Assembly: GCA_963662315.1 (NCBI GenBank) | Contig: OY759353.1 | Span: 3,072,001-3,136,000 of the forward strand | Direction: 5' to 3' | DNA length: 64,000 nt | Origin: Geopsychrobacteraceae bacterium | GTDB taxonomy: Bacteria > Desulfobacterota > Desulfuromonadia > Desulfuromonadales > Geopsychrobacteraceae | Shown here: one piece after another, positions 20,193 to 30,126 of the stretch | Layout: the number at the start of each line of letters is the position of its first letter | How positions within the stretch are numbered: position 1 is the first letter of the stretch | The notes under the pieces: model-generated | Seen by the model: the letters and a program-made list of their open reading frames with translations, nothing else | What the model was told of the DNA's origin: nothing | Databases searched by the model: none | Made by a program: the position numbers and the translations under genes

Positions 20193-20941
20193 ACATCATT
20201 GCCTTTTATTCCATCAAGGGGGGCGTTGGGAAAACCGCTTCGGCGGTTAATATCGCTTATTGGGCCGCTCAATCAGGTTATCGGACCCTGCTGCTTGATC
20301 TTGATTCCCAAGGGGCATCGTCCTTTTATTTCCGCGTTCAGTCGGTTACTAGCAAGAATTGGGGCAAGCGCTTTTTTAAAGCTTATGAGCAGCTTTTCAA
20401 GCAGATTAAAGCCAGTGATTTTGATCGTCTCGATATTATTCCGGCCCACCTGAGTTTTCGTAATTTTGACGTACTGCTGCAGGAACTGGGCGCGCGTAAG
20501 AAGCTGCTGCGTCAGATGTTGACAAGGTTGGATAAGGATTACGATCTGGTGATTCTTGACTGCCCGCCAACCATCAGTCAACTGGCGGAAAATATTTTTA
20601 ACGCCGCCGATCTGGTCCTGGTACCGGTGATACCAACAACCCTGTCACAACGGACCTTTTGTCAGTTACGCGAGTTTTTCAAGGAGGAAGATTACAGCCG
20701 CAAAAAGCTGATTCCGTTTTTTACCATGGTTGATAGCAGAAAGCAGTTGCACAAAGAAACAGCCCTGGCCATGCGCAAAGACTACAAGCGCTTCCTGAGA
20801 AATGCCATCCCCTTTTCCACAGATGTCGAAAAGATGGGGATCAACCGTTCTCCAATTGATCTCTATGCGCCGACCCGTCAGGCCAACCGGGCTTATCAGG
20901 CATTATGGCAGGAAATTGCGACACTGCTCAGGGAAGGATAA
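20189..20941 (+). CDS. ParA/MinD-family ATPase (orphan, no parB)
   Basis: Deviant Walker A KGGVGKT, DLDSQG, ILDCPP. Confidence 0.92.
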   Translation: MNIIAFYSIKGGVGKTASAVNIAYWAAQSGYRTLLLDLDSQGASSFYFRVQSVTSKNWGKRFFKAYEQLFKQIKASDFDRLDIIPAHLSFRNFDVLLQELGARKKLLRQMLTRLDKDYDLVILDCPPTISQLAENIFNAADLVLVPVIPTTLSQRTFCQLREFFKEEDYSRKKLIPFFTMVDSRKQLHKETALAMRKDYKRFLRNAIPFSTDVEKMGINRSPIDLYAPTRQANRAYQALWQEIATLLREG

Positions 20942-20943
20942 AC

Positions 20944-21429
20944 ATGGAACAGCTGGAAATCGAGCGGAAATTTGTTCTAAAAGAGTTACCGGAAACTATA
21001 TTGGCTGGCGTCTGCGGGCAGTGTATCCGCCAGGGATACCTGCTCAGCGGTGATAGTGAATTGCGTATTCGCGAGCGGGGCGGAAAGTGTACCATGACCG
21101 TCAAACGTGGCACCGGACTTAAGCGTCAGGAGCAGGAATGCGTTATCTCTGCGCAGCAGTTTGACATGCTCTGGCCCTTGACGGAAGGACAACGCATCGA
21201 CAAGGTGCGCTATGTCGTTCCCTGCGTTGGGCTTAATTACGAAATAGATGTTTTCAAAGGTGACCTGGCACCCCTGAAGATACTTGAAATTGAATTTGAT
21301 AGTGTGGCCGCGAGTCGGGAATTCAACGTTCCTGACTTTGTGGCACGTGAAGTGACAGAAGATAAGGCTTATAAAAATGCTGCTCTGGCATTAATGGGCC
21401 TTCCAGTCGGGAGCTTACTTAATGGGTGA
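20944..21429 (+). CDS. CYTH (triphosphate tunnel metalloenzyme) protein
   Basis: EIERKF, IRQGYL, LRIR, YEIDVF, EIEF, YKNAALA. Confidence 0.9.
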   Translation: MEQLEIERKFVLKELPETILAGVCGQCIRQGYLLSGDSELRIRERGGKCTMTVKRGTGLKRQEQECVISAQQFDMLWPLTEGQRIDKVRYVVPCVGLNYEIDVFKGDLAPLKILEIEFDSVAASREFNVPDFVAREVTEDKAYKNAALALMGLPVGSLLNG

Positions 21430-21607
21430 TGACAAAAAAGGGAAGAAAAAAAGCAAGAAAGACAGCCAATTACTGATCCGGATCAACAGTGATGAACGTG
21501 ACGATTTTATTTCTTTGTGCGAAGAGCTTGATACCAGCGCTGCCAGGGAAATTCGTCGCTTTATCAGGCGGTTTATTCAGGAGCACACTAACCAGAGTGA
21601 AGCGTAG
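21422..21607 (+). CDS. Small basic protein, possibly ribbon-helix-helix
   Basis: KKDSQLLIRI (strand) followed by ERDDFISLCEELD and SAAREIRRFIRRFI (two helices); overlaps the CYTH stop. Confidence 0.7.
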   Translation: MGDDKKGKKKSKKDSQLLIRINSDERDDFISLCEELDTSAAREIRRFIRRFIQEHTNQSEA

Positions 21608-21616
21608 GAGGGTTGT

Positions 21617-21979
21617 ATGGCAACACCATTGGAGGATGTCACAGGGATTGGTCCTGCTACGGCAAAAGTGCTGGCGGAACACGGAATAGCCAGTGCGGAA
21701 GATCTGGCCGCTAGACAGGTCGAAGAAATTGCGCTTGTCCACGGTTTCAGCACGATTCGTGCCGCACAGGTTGTTGCCGCAGCCAGAGACTTGTTTGTGC
21801 TTAAGCCGGTTGTCGCAGAGACAGAGCCGTCCGCACCGGGAAAAGTGAAAAAGGCGAACAAGGGTGTGGGTAAAAAGCCCGAAAAAACAGACAAGAAAGA
21901 CAAGAAAAAGGGGCACAGGGACAAGAAGAAAGACGCTAAGAAAAAAGGCAAAAAAAAGGCTAAAAAGTCAAAAAAATAA
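21617..21979 (+). CDS. Helix-hairpin-helix protein with a lysine-rich C-terminal tail
   Basis: LEDVTGIGPATAKVL HhH motif; last 45 aa contain 25 Lys; AGGAGG RBS. Confidence 0.8.
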   Translation: MATPLEDVTGIGPATAKVLAEHGIASAEDLAARQVEEIALVHGFSTIRAAQVVAAARDLFVLKPVVAETEPSAPGKVKKANKGVGKKPEKTDKKDKKKGHRDKKKDAKKKGKKKAKKSKK

Positions 21980-22098
21980 AGGCTTTCCTGGCCATTTAAG
22001 TGGGAAGAATCGCCTTTGAAACTCGGCGGTGAGCATTTTGCTGCTGCCCACTTTTCCTGTTACAATTGCGGTAACAGCTTTCCAACAGGAGGTGATTT

Positions 22099-22797
22099 AT
22101 GCCTCATTGGCTGGTTACCGCAGTTTTGATAACTGCTTTGTGGTGTATGGATAGTCATGCCGCGCAATATCAGTGTCCAAATTCATCCGCCGTTACCATC
22201 GTTGGCGATGACACGGCGGATAACGACTTTATCTGCGCCAGCGCGGCACGAGCCTTTGCGTTTCTGGATCGTTTCGGTCTGTTAAGTGAACGACCGGTTA
22301 CCGTCAGAATGATAGAGCGTCCCGTTGTCAGTACGGTTGGTTTGGTCTATGGTAGCTATGATCCTTATACCGACCAGGTTCTGCTGATGCATTTCGCCGC
22401 GATTATGTCCCTGCCTGATGTTTCAACGCTTTTCTCTGATCGCTTTGATCGAGATGACTATGCCGGAATTATTGCTCACGAACTGACCCATGCCATGGTT
22501 CAGGATTTATTAGCCATTGATCCCTATGCCGGGGCTCATGAGTATGTTGTCGCCCAAGAATACCTGGCTTATGCAACGCAGATTGCGGTTATGCCAGAAC
22601 AGCGTAAGCGCAGCCTGGTTGAGAAACTGGATGTTGAGGCATGGCAGCCGGGTCATATCATAAGTGCTGTTTATATGGCGTTTGCCCCGCATAAATTCGC
22701 CGTGAAGTCTTACCTCCATCTGGTGGGGATGGACGATCCGCAGCCATTTATAGCGTCGCTGTTGAAGACCCCTGGTTTGGATATTTATGCTCCCTGA
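22099..22797 (+). CDS. Exported protein with an HEXXH (zincin-like) motif
   Basis: Signal peptide, IIAHELTHA and a downstream QEYLAY; AGGAGG RBS. Confidence 0.7.
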   Translation: MPHWLVTAVLITALWCMDSHAAQYQCPNSSAVTIVGDDTADNDFICASAARAFAFLDRFGLLSERPVTVRMIERPVVSTVGLVYGSYDPYTDQVLLMHFAAIMSLPDVSTLFSDRFDRDDYAGIIAHELTHAMVQDLLAIDPYAGAHEYVVAQEYLAYATQIAVMPEQRKRSLVEKLDVEAWQPGHIISAVYMAFAPHKFAVKSYLHLVGMDDPQPFIASLLKTPGLDIYAP

Positions 22798-23010
22798 AGC
22801 ATGCTGCTACTTTTCGGTTTTTGGGAAGTTTGTCGCAGCAACTGTGAGTAAAATAGTAATCATTGCTAACCAACACTTAACTTGATCATTGCTACACGTT
22901 TGATTACTGTTCACCCCTAATAGGGGGATCTTGCCACGCAGTTTTCTGTGTCCGTTACTTGACCGTTCCCCAAGAGTGTCTGATGGCGACACCTACTTTA
23001 TGGAATTACC

Positions 23011-25362
23011 GTGTCACACCTTCTTAACAAAGAGGGGCGCTCATTACCACTGAAGAGCCAGACCCTGTACCTGCAAATTGGTTTGTCCATGGCATTTGTG
23101 CTGGTTATTGCCCTGAGTTGGGGAATGACCTTGAGCCAGCTCAGTGAAAACCGGCGCTTTATCCTTCAAGGGATGCGCACCCAACAGGCTAATCTGACCG
23201 CCATTATTGCTGAAAACATCTATCAGGTTATTGATCAGAACCAGGCTATCGGGCTGGTGGCTCAGGGCTGGATCCGTAATCACCAGCAGGGGGCACCAGC
23301 TGAGATCAATAATTTCATTTACAGCGAGCAGGCTTTCAATCGGATCGCTCTGTATGACATCAAAGGCGCGCAACTCTATCAGACCTTGCCCGCTGATCAA
23401 CAGCCGGCCACCCCTGCAGAAATCAAAAGTTATCTTGCCTCTTTAGCCGCAGGCATTGGGGACAACGTCAGGATTCTGATACCTGGTGATAATTCCCGCA
23501 CCAACTGGCAGTTGCCGATTCTGTTTCCCCTAAAATCTGGTAAGCATCTCGAAGGGGCCATGCTACTGGAAATGAACCTGGGCTACCTGCTGAATTTTCT
23601 GCAGGGGCTCAATATCGGTCGCAGTGGCCGCATCTCCATTTACAGTGAGCAAGGTGACATTCTGGCCCGGTATGAAAATTTCGGTCTGGTCAATATCGAC
23701 CAGTATGAAGCCAAGCCCGATTTTCGCCAGGTTGATGATACCAGCAAATCGGTTATTTTTACCTACAGCCATGAGACAGACAAATATCTGGTTGCCGCCC
23801 GCAAGGTCCGCAACTACCCTGTTATTATTGCTCTGAGTCAGGGACTTGAAGATTCCCTGGCCGAGTATTACAGCTACCGTTCCCGAATATTTCTGGGCAT
23901 GGTGATTCTGACCGCCTTTGGCAGTATCGGCTTTGTTCTGCTTTTGAAAATTCTTAATCGCACCGACCAATATTTAGACTCCCTCAAAGAGTCGGACTCA
24001 GAAAAACAGAGCCTGCTGGCCAAGCTGGAGGATGAGCACAAAAATGCGGTCAATGCCGCTTCTTTTGATGCCCTGACCGGTTTGTATAATCGGCGACTGT
24101 TCGTATCACTGGCCAAACAGAACCTCTATTCCGCCAGAAGAAACAATGCCAGCTACGCCATCCTGTTTATCGATCTTGATCGTTTTAAGACCATTAATGA
24201 CACTCTCGGACACCGTATTGGTGATCTGCTGCTGCAAGAGGTTGCCGACCGGCTGACCGGTTGCGTACGCAAAAGTGATGTGGTGGCCCGTTTTGGCGGT
24301 GACGAATTCGTTATTTTGCTGGGTGAGATGGTGTCCCTTTCGGATATTTCCATTGTGGCGGAAAAAATTATCGAGACAATCACCCTCCCCTGCTACCTGG
24401 ATGGTGAGGAGCTGTCGGTGAGCCCGAGTATCGGCATTGCAATTTTTCCCAGAGACGGGCAGGAACTGGAAGATCTGATCCGTAATGCGGATGCCGCCAT
24501 GTATGCATCGAAAAAAGCCGGGCGGGGGCGCTACAGTTACTTCGACGCGAGCCTGAACAATAATTCCTCAATCCAAAAGTTTGAACTTGAACAGGGCGTT
24601 GGCAGGGCGACGGAGAAGGATGAATTCGTTCTCCATTTTCAGCCCAAGGTCAGGCTGGATGATTCCCGGGTTGTTGGCCTGGAAGCGTTGATTCGCTGGC
24701 AGCACCCGCAGCATGGCCTGTTATATCCGAATGATTTTATCGAGTGTATTGAAGAGAGCGGCCATATTGGCAAGCTGGGCAGCTGGGTTCTTGAGGCCGC
24801 CTGCAGGCAACAGGTGAGATGGCGGGAACTGGGCCTTCAGACGGTTCCTGTTGCGGTAAATGTTTCTCCAACCGAGATAAAAGAAAAGGACTATGCGACC
24901 AATTTTATGGCCATGCTCGACCGCTATGGACTGGCCCCAGAAGATATCGAAATAGAGGTCACTGAAGGAGCCATTTTTGAAGATAAACAGGCTCTGCATG
25001 ATAATTTGACCCACCTGGCAGATAGGGGGGTGACAATTTCTCTGGATGATTTCGGCAATGGTTTTTCCAGCCTCAGCCATATCCGTTCTTTACCGATCTG
25101 CACCCTTAAGATTGATCGCAGCTTCATCAACGACATGCAGAAAAGCCGCAATGACAATGCCATTGTCACCTCAACCATAGCACTGGCCAAAAAGCTCAAG
25201 CTGACCGTTGTTGCGGAAGGGATAGAACGGCATGATCAACTGATCTATCTGAAGCTGGCCGGTTGTGATCAGGTTCAGGGGTATTTTTTCAGTCGCCCTG
25301 TTGATGAAGAACAGACCCGGGACTTTTTAAGAAAACCGGTTAGGAGCTACTTAAATGAATAG
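23011..25362 (+). CDS. Membrane-bound diguanylate cyclase/phosphodiesterase (periplasmic Cache-like, GGDEF, EAL)
   Basis: Two TMs; DALTGL, RKSD I-site, GGDEF; LEALIRW, DDFG, KIDRSF, VAEG, QGY. Confidence 0.93.
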   Translation: MSHLLNKEGRSLPLKSQTLYLQIGLSMAFVLVIALSWGMTLSQLSENRRFILQGMRTQQANLTAIIAENIYQVIDQNQAIGLVAQGWIRNHQQGAPAEINNFIYSEQAFNRIALYDIKGAQLYQTLPADQQPATPAEIKSYLASLAAGIGDNVRILIPGDNSRTNWQLPILFPLKSGKHLEGAMLLEMNLGYLLNFLQGLNIGRSGRISIYSEQGDILARYENFGLVNIDQYEAKPDFRQVDDTSKSVIFTYSHETDKYLVAARKVRNYPVIIALSQGLEDSLAEYYSYRSRIFLGMVILTAFGSIGFVLLLKILNRTDQYLDSLKESDSEKQSLLAKLEDEHKNAVNAASFDALTGLYNRRLFVSLAKQNLYSARRNNASYAILFIDLDRFKTINDTLGHRIGDLLLQEVADRLTGCVRKSDVVARFGGDEFVILLGEMVSLSDISIVAEKIIETITLPCYLDGEELSVSPSIGIAIFPRDGQELEDLIRNADAAMYASKKAGRGRYSYFDASLNNNSSIQKFELEQGVGRATEKDEFVLHFQPKVRLDDSRVVGLEALIRWQHPQHGLLYPNDFIECIEESGHIGKLGSWVLEAACRQQVRWRELGLQTVPVAVNVSPTEIKEKDYATNFMAMLDRYGLAPEDIEIEVTEGAIFEDKQALHDNLTHLADRGVTISLDDFGNGFSSLSHIRSLPICTLKIDRSFINDMQKSRNDNAIVTSTIALAKKLKLTVVAEGIERHDQLIYLKLAGCDQVQGYFFSRPVDEEQTRDFLRKPVRSYLNE

Positions 25363-26257
25363 AATGACCCGAGTCATGATCACTGTGCTGCTATGGGGCT
25401 GCATATTTTCGGTCCAGGCTGTGCAGGCCATGGATAATGGCAGATCTTTATATTTTTCGGTGATTCCGAAAAAAAACCTCGATCAACAGATTGCAGAACT
25501 GCATCCGTTGCTGGACTTGCTGGAAAAACGTTTAAACCGGTCGATTAAGATCGTTCGCCCCCAGTCGTATCAATCGGTCATCGAAGGTTTGGTTTCACAC
25601 AGCATCGATTTTGGGGTATTGGGGCCGGCATCTTATGCCTATGCCAAGCGTCGGGATGACCGCATCGACGCGTTTGCGTCCTTTATGATGAAGAACGGTT
25701 ATGCTACTTCCAGGGGTGAGTATTACAACTCAATTCTCATCACCAGTAAACAAACCGGCTTTAGTACCATTGACGATTTACGCGGGAAAAATGTAGCGCT
25801 GATAGATCCGGTCAGTACGTCCGGTTCTTTGATTCCCAATATGGAATTCTCAAAAATTATCGGGGAACCGCTGCAGCGTTTTTTTGCCAAGCAGATCTAT
25901 ACCGGTGCCCATGACCGCTCCGTCGAAGCGGTTACGACTGGCAGGATTGATGCGGCATTTGTCGCCAGTTCACGCCTTGATGAGGAAATCAGAAAAGGGG
26001 TTGTGAATGGCAATGATATATGCATTCTCTGGAGATCGCAGCCCATTCATTATGATCCCTTCGTTTTTGGCAGTAGCCTTGATGATGATTTGCGCGACGA
26101 GATCCGTGCCGTCTTTTTTTCCCGGGATCCAAGTCTGACGCTATTGTATGAAAATATGCAGGTGAAAGGACTGATCCCCGTTGAAGACCAAGACTATCAG
26201 CCTATCCACGACATTGTCGCCAGGGAGCAGCAGGAAAACAAAAGCAGTTTAAAGTGA
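25355..26257 (+). CDS. PhnD-family phosphate/phosphite/phosphonate-binding periplasmic protein
   Basis: Signal peptide; SYQSVIE, DPVSTSGSL, GAHD.SV.AV..G.IDAA motifs; 8-nt overlap with the GGDEF-EAL gene. Confidence 0.85.
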   Translation: MNRMTRVMITVLLWGCIFSVQAVQAMDNGRSLYFSVIPKKNLDQQIAELHPLLDLLEKRLNRSIKIVRPQSYQSVIEGLVSHSIDFGVLGPASYAYAKRRDDRIDAFASFMMKNGYATSRGEYYNSILITSKQTGFSTIDDLRGKNVALIDPVSTSGSLIPNMEFSKIIGEPLQRFFAKQIYTGAHDRSVEAVTTGRIDAAFVASSRLDEEIRKGVVNGNDICILWRSQPIHYDPFVFGSSLDDDLRDEIRAVFFSRDPSLTLLYENMQVKGLIPVEDQDYQPIHDIVAREQQENKSSLK

Positions 26258-26290
26258 TGATCTGCAACAATACTGAATCGGCTACCGACC

Positions 26291-26325
26291 AAAGGCCCAC
26301 CCTGTAAGAGAGGGTGGGCTTTCTT
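26291..26325. terminator. Intrinsic terminator between convergent genes
   Basis: AAGGCCCACCCT/AGGGTGGGCTTT stem. Confidence 0.75.
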
Positions 26326-26370
26326 GTCACGCCGGTAATGGAGGAAGGCTCTGATCTGTGGAGTATCTGA

Positions 26371-27654
26371 TCAGATGTGTGTTGCAGATGGCGCCTGAAC
26401 AAGATGATGCCAGTTTTTCAGGCGGTGAGAGTTGGGAGCGATACGACCGTTAAAATAATGACAGGCCCGGTAGTAGAGCAGATCTTCCAGCCATAGTTTG
26501 AAAAAGGTACGATCTTTAAACAGGCGCCTGCCAAGCTGAACCGGTGATTGCCGCAGATCCACCAGGGGGGAAAACAGTTCGGACGGGTCACGGAAACATT
26601 CCCAGTCGCATTTACGACAGTTTTCTTGCGGGGCTTTACCTGACAGGTCAAGCTGGCAGAAATCACCCAGATTTTCAGTCCCGCGATAACCACAGGGGTA
26701 AGTCAGGCCATTTTGGCTGTCGATAAAAAAATAATCGATGCCACCGCGACACGCAGCGGCCAGTTCCGGACGGCCCTGATACTGTTGTAACAGGGTGTGA
26801 ATGCTGCTGCGCGGGGTAAAAATACGGATTTTGTTGCGGTGGATGGGGATCACATCAGACAAGGCCCGAAACAGGTTGATCTTTTCCTGGGTGGAAAACG
26901 AAACGACTCGGGCACTGGCGGTGGCGCCATAGACGGCTGCCTCGGCGGGCTGATCGGGATCTGTATGCATTGGGTAGCAGACATTGGCGATAGTAAAGCC
27001 CAGCTCCTGGACAAAGCGGTAAAATCGATCAAAGCCCTGATAGAAATCGGCGTATTCAAGCTTGTCTCGGTCTTTTGAGGCGCCAGCAAAGTTACGATTC
27101 AGGCCAAGGTTTGCCGATAGAAACAGGCCACGTTCAGCGAAAACAGGCAGGGCTTTTTCAATGCCGCGCATCACGCCGGGCAGGCCACGCATCTGTTCGT
27201 GTGTGGCGATGTCGGCCGAATCGATACTGACCCAGATGTTACGAATCGGGGTTGCGGCCAACTGATCGGCAAGGCGTTTGATACGATCATTGAAGTGGGC
27301 TGCATCAGAATTGCGGAACAGGAAGCCATTTGTGCCGGTGCGGATATACCTGATGCCATGCTGACCGGCAAAGGTGGCCAGCTGGCAGATTTGATCAAGG
27401 TACAGAAAAGGCTCGCCACCGGTAAAAGACAAGGCCGATATCCCCTTGGCTGCGGCACTGCGGATAATCTTTTTAACGCGGGCTTTTTCCAGGGTTGCAC
27501 GCTCAAACTGGTTGCTGATGCGCATGCCGCACTGTGGGCAGCTGGCGTTGCATTGGTCGGTGTACTGGATAACCAGTTGCCCGGGAATGCGGTTTTTCAG
27601 TAATAGGCGGCTACTGATCCGGACTGCACAGGACATCGTGTCAAGCAGAGGCAT
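26371..27654 (-). CDS. Radical SAM protein with C-terminal SPASM/twitch-like cysteines
   Basis: CNASCPQC, FTGGEP, SID, CRGG...YPCG...CRKCDWEC. Confidence 0.9.
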   Translation of the reverse strand: MPLLDTMSCAVRISSRLLLKNRIPGQLVIQYTDQCNASCPQCGMRISNQFERATLEKARVKKIIRSAAAKGISALSFTGGEPFLYLDQICQLATFAGQHGIRYIRTGTNGFLFRNSDAAHFNDRIKRLADQLAATPIRNIWVSIDSADIATHEQMRGLPGVMRGIEKALPVFAERGLFLSANLGLNRNFAGASKDRDKLEYADFYQGFDRFYRFVQELGFTIANVCYPMHTDPDQPAEAAVYGATASARVVSFSTQEKINLFRALSDVIPIHRNKIRIFTPRSSIHTLLQQYQGRPELAAACRGGIDYFFIDSQNGLTYPCGYRGTENLGDFCQLDLSGKAPQENCRKCDWECFRDPSELFSPLVDLRQSPVQLGRRLFKDRTFFKLWLEDLLYYRACHYFNGRIAPNSHRLKNWHHLVQAPSATHI

Positions 27655-27658
27655 GATA

Positions 27659-30079
27659 CTAGTGCACCATCATGTTCGAAGCGAGCTTCAGAATCCGCTT
27701 CAGCGAGCCATGCTGATGACGCTGCTGGCGGGGGGGACCGGGTGCGACCATGTCGTGAAGGATGCTGTCCCAGCTGAAATGCTCTTCAACCCGGTTGCGA
27801 GCCGCAATGCCAAATTGCTTGCATAAGCCACTGTCACTGGCTTTATCCGTCAGCATGTCGCTGATCGTGTTCACCCATGGTTCGCAGTTTTCAACACTTA
27901 AGGCATAACCGGTTTCACCATCGACAATAATTTCTTTTGGTCCGCCGATATTGGAGACCAAGGCCGGAATGCCGCAAGCCTGGGCCTCCAGCACGACCAT
28001 ACCGAAGGTTTCCGTAGTGCTGGGAAAAACAAACAGATCGTACTGATTATACAATTCCGGTAACTCACGGTAATCGACCCGCCCGAGAAACCTGACTTCA
28101 GGCATATCACGGCAATTTTCCTTTAATTCGTCAAGGTATGGCCCGGTTCCTGCCAGTGTCAGGCTGGCATCAGGGTGACGTACCCGCACCTGGCGGTAAA
28201 CATCGATCAGGAAATCGAGATTTTTGTCCTTGGAGATGCGCCCGACATAAAGCAGGCGAGATCGCCAGGTCTGAGATTTATAGGGTCTGGGCAGCGGTTT
28301 GAAATGTTCGCTACGCAAGCCGCGGCGGAATAATTCCATGTGCCGGTAGCGGTAGCCCCGTTCTTTCAAGAGATCGATATATTCCTGGGTCGGGACCAGC
28401 AGGGTATCAAACTGGTTGAAGAACCACTTGTTGTAGGCTTCGATCATGTTACTGATAGCCGGTTCGGCAACAATGGCAGCCGACTCCTCGGTGAAATCCG
28501 TGTGGTAAATTCCCTTGATGGTGGTTCCCAGCATGCGACCCATGAACATGCCGAGCAGACCAACCGGACCGGGGGTGGAAATGTAAATTTCATCAGGGTT
28601 GTAGTCATACACCAGTTTCAGCATCCGCAGCACCGATGGCACATTGATATTCAGCTCTTCATAATGGGGTAGCTGGAAACTGTAGAGGGGGGGGATCGCC
28701 AGGGTTGTCAAAGGCAGGCGACTGTCCTGCTGCTTTTCACTGAGGCTCGACATGATACGGATATCATATCCCTTTTCCTCGGCCAGGTTACCGATGGTCT
28801 GTAAGGTCATGGACACCCCGTTGAGGTCAGTCAGGGTATCGGTCAGCCACAAAATCCGCTTACTGCGCTCGGTATTGTGTTTGCCCAGGCTGCCTTCCAG
28901 TTGGTTGATCACTTCGCGGTCACCGAACATGTGACGGAAAGCAGAAAAGAAGGGAACCGACAGGAAAATGCCGGGAATACTCGACGACAATCCCTGAATA
29001 ATACTGATGATATCCATCTCTTCAATGTTGGTATTGAGAGATTCAAGAAGCGAGCGGAAATACTGGTCGGATATGTTGCTGATGCACTCGTATAGCAGAT
29101 TCAGGCGTGCATCGATATCATCATGATCAAGACTGCGGCTGGTTTCGATCAACTGAACGATATTCTGATAGATAGCATTATTCTTTTGTGACTTCATGCG
29201 GTTCAGGCGCAGCCGGTCCTTAAAGCTCAGACGCTGTTCACTGAACAGAAAGCGGGTCATGTCACTCAGGGTCGAGTGGGAAAAGGCGGTGCTTTTGTGC
29301 TGAGAGAAGTCAAAGGCGATTTTATAGATGGCAAAGGTCAGCCCCTGAAAATCATTCTGCCGACCCTGCGGTGCCATGCGCCTGTTTTTAAGTTGCTCAA
29401 GGAACTCCTCGGGGGTGGTGGCGTCGGCGCTTGTGTAGGTTTTGGCGATAAAGAAACCGGCATGATCGTCCGACCCACCGGTCAGCCCTTTGCGCCATGG
29501 CTCCGGGCCCCAGGGTTCAATGCCATGTTTTAGTTGCAGACGCTCAATGTCTTCAGGGGTGAACTCTTTCAAAACCTTGCTCAAGACATCGTTATTCAAC
29601 ACACTGCGGCTGCCGTTACGCCCTTCAAAATTATTGAACAGCAGGATCAGTTTTTCCAGATGCTCAAGGGTTAGCTTGCCGTTGACTGAGTAGGTGGCAT
29701 GAGCGACGACACAGGCGAGGTCTTCCTGCATCAGGTAGTCGCGCAGCTTGTAGATATTCAGGCGTTTTTTCTGGATTTTAATAAACTGTTCACGATCAAG
29801 ACCGTAAATCAGCACGTGGACCTTGCAGTTATCTTCAGGAAAGTAAGCGGTCGATTCCACCCCGGTAAAGCAGTGTTTGGGGTGCTTTTTGACCAGCTCC
29901 ATGGAGGCTTTGATGCGGTTGTGGTCGGTCACCGTCACAAAATCCATGCCCCGCTTGCGGGCCATTTTATAGATGGTATCCGGGTCAGTATAGGATTCGG
30001 ACGCTCCGAGGCGTTGCAAAAACCATTCTGAAGGGTGATTGGAATACTTGGAATGTACGTGCAGGTCGGCTTGTGCCAT
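27659..30079 (-). CDS. PHP-domain phosphoesterase / GT4 glycosyltransferase fusion
   Basis: N-terminal DLHVHS, TDHN, GVE, AHA, EGRNG, GGSDDH; C-terminal TDT..NGV, TPGPVG, YHTDF, YVGRISKDKN, FPSTTETFGMVVLEA. Confidence 0.9.
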   Translation of the reverse strand: MAQADLHVHSKYSNHPSEWFLQRLGASESYTDPDTIYKMARKRGMDFVTVTDHNRIKASMELVKKHPKHCFTGVESTAYFPEDNCKVHVLIYGLDREQFIKIQKKRLNIYKLRDYLMQEDLACVVAHATYSVNGKLTLEHLEKLILLFNNFEGRNGSRSVLNNDVLSKVLKEFTPEDIERLQLKHGIEPWGPEPWRKGLTGGSDDHAGFFIAKTYTSADATTPEEFLEQLKNRRMAPQGRQNDFQGLTFAIYKIAFDFSQHKSTAFSHSTLSDMTRFLFSEQRLSFKDRLRLNRMKSQKNNAIYQNIVQLIETSRSLDHDDIDARLNLLYECISNISDQYFRSLLESLNTNIEEMDIISIIQGLSSSIPGIFLSVPFFSAFRHMFGDREVINQLEGSLGKHNTERSKRILWLTDTLTDLNGVSMTLQTIGNLAEEKGYDIRIMSSLSEKQQDSRLPLTTLAIPPLYSFQLPHYEELNINVPSVLRMLKLVYDYNPDEIYISTPGPVGLLGMFMGRMLGTTIKGIYHTDFTEESAAIVAEPAISNMIEAYNKWFFNQFDTLLVPTQEYIDLLKERGYRYRHMELFRRGLRSEHFKPLPRPYKSQTWRSRLLYVGRISKDKNLDFLIDVYRQVRVRHPDASLTLAGTGPYLDELKENCRDMPEVRFLGRVDYRELPELYNQYDLFVFPSTTETFGMVVLEAQACGIPALVSNIGGPKEIIVDGETGYALSVENCEPWVNTISDMLTDKASDSGLCKQFGIAARNRVEEHFSWDSILHDMVAPGPPRQQRHQHGSLKRILKLASNMMVH

Positions 30080-30126
30080 CTCTTTTTTCTCCGTCTCTTG
30101 TCGTTTTTGTCTATTGTGGACGGTAA

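Noticed and set aside
20189..20941. ParA as evidence of a plasmid, prophage or integrative element
   Set aside because: No parB, rep, integrase, phage genes or att repeats; flanked by housekeeping and polyP genes
21840..21979. Very A-rich tract resembling low-complexity non-coding DNA
   Set aside because: Explained by Lys codons of the HhH protein tail
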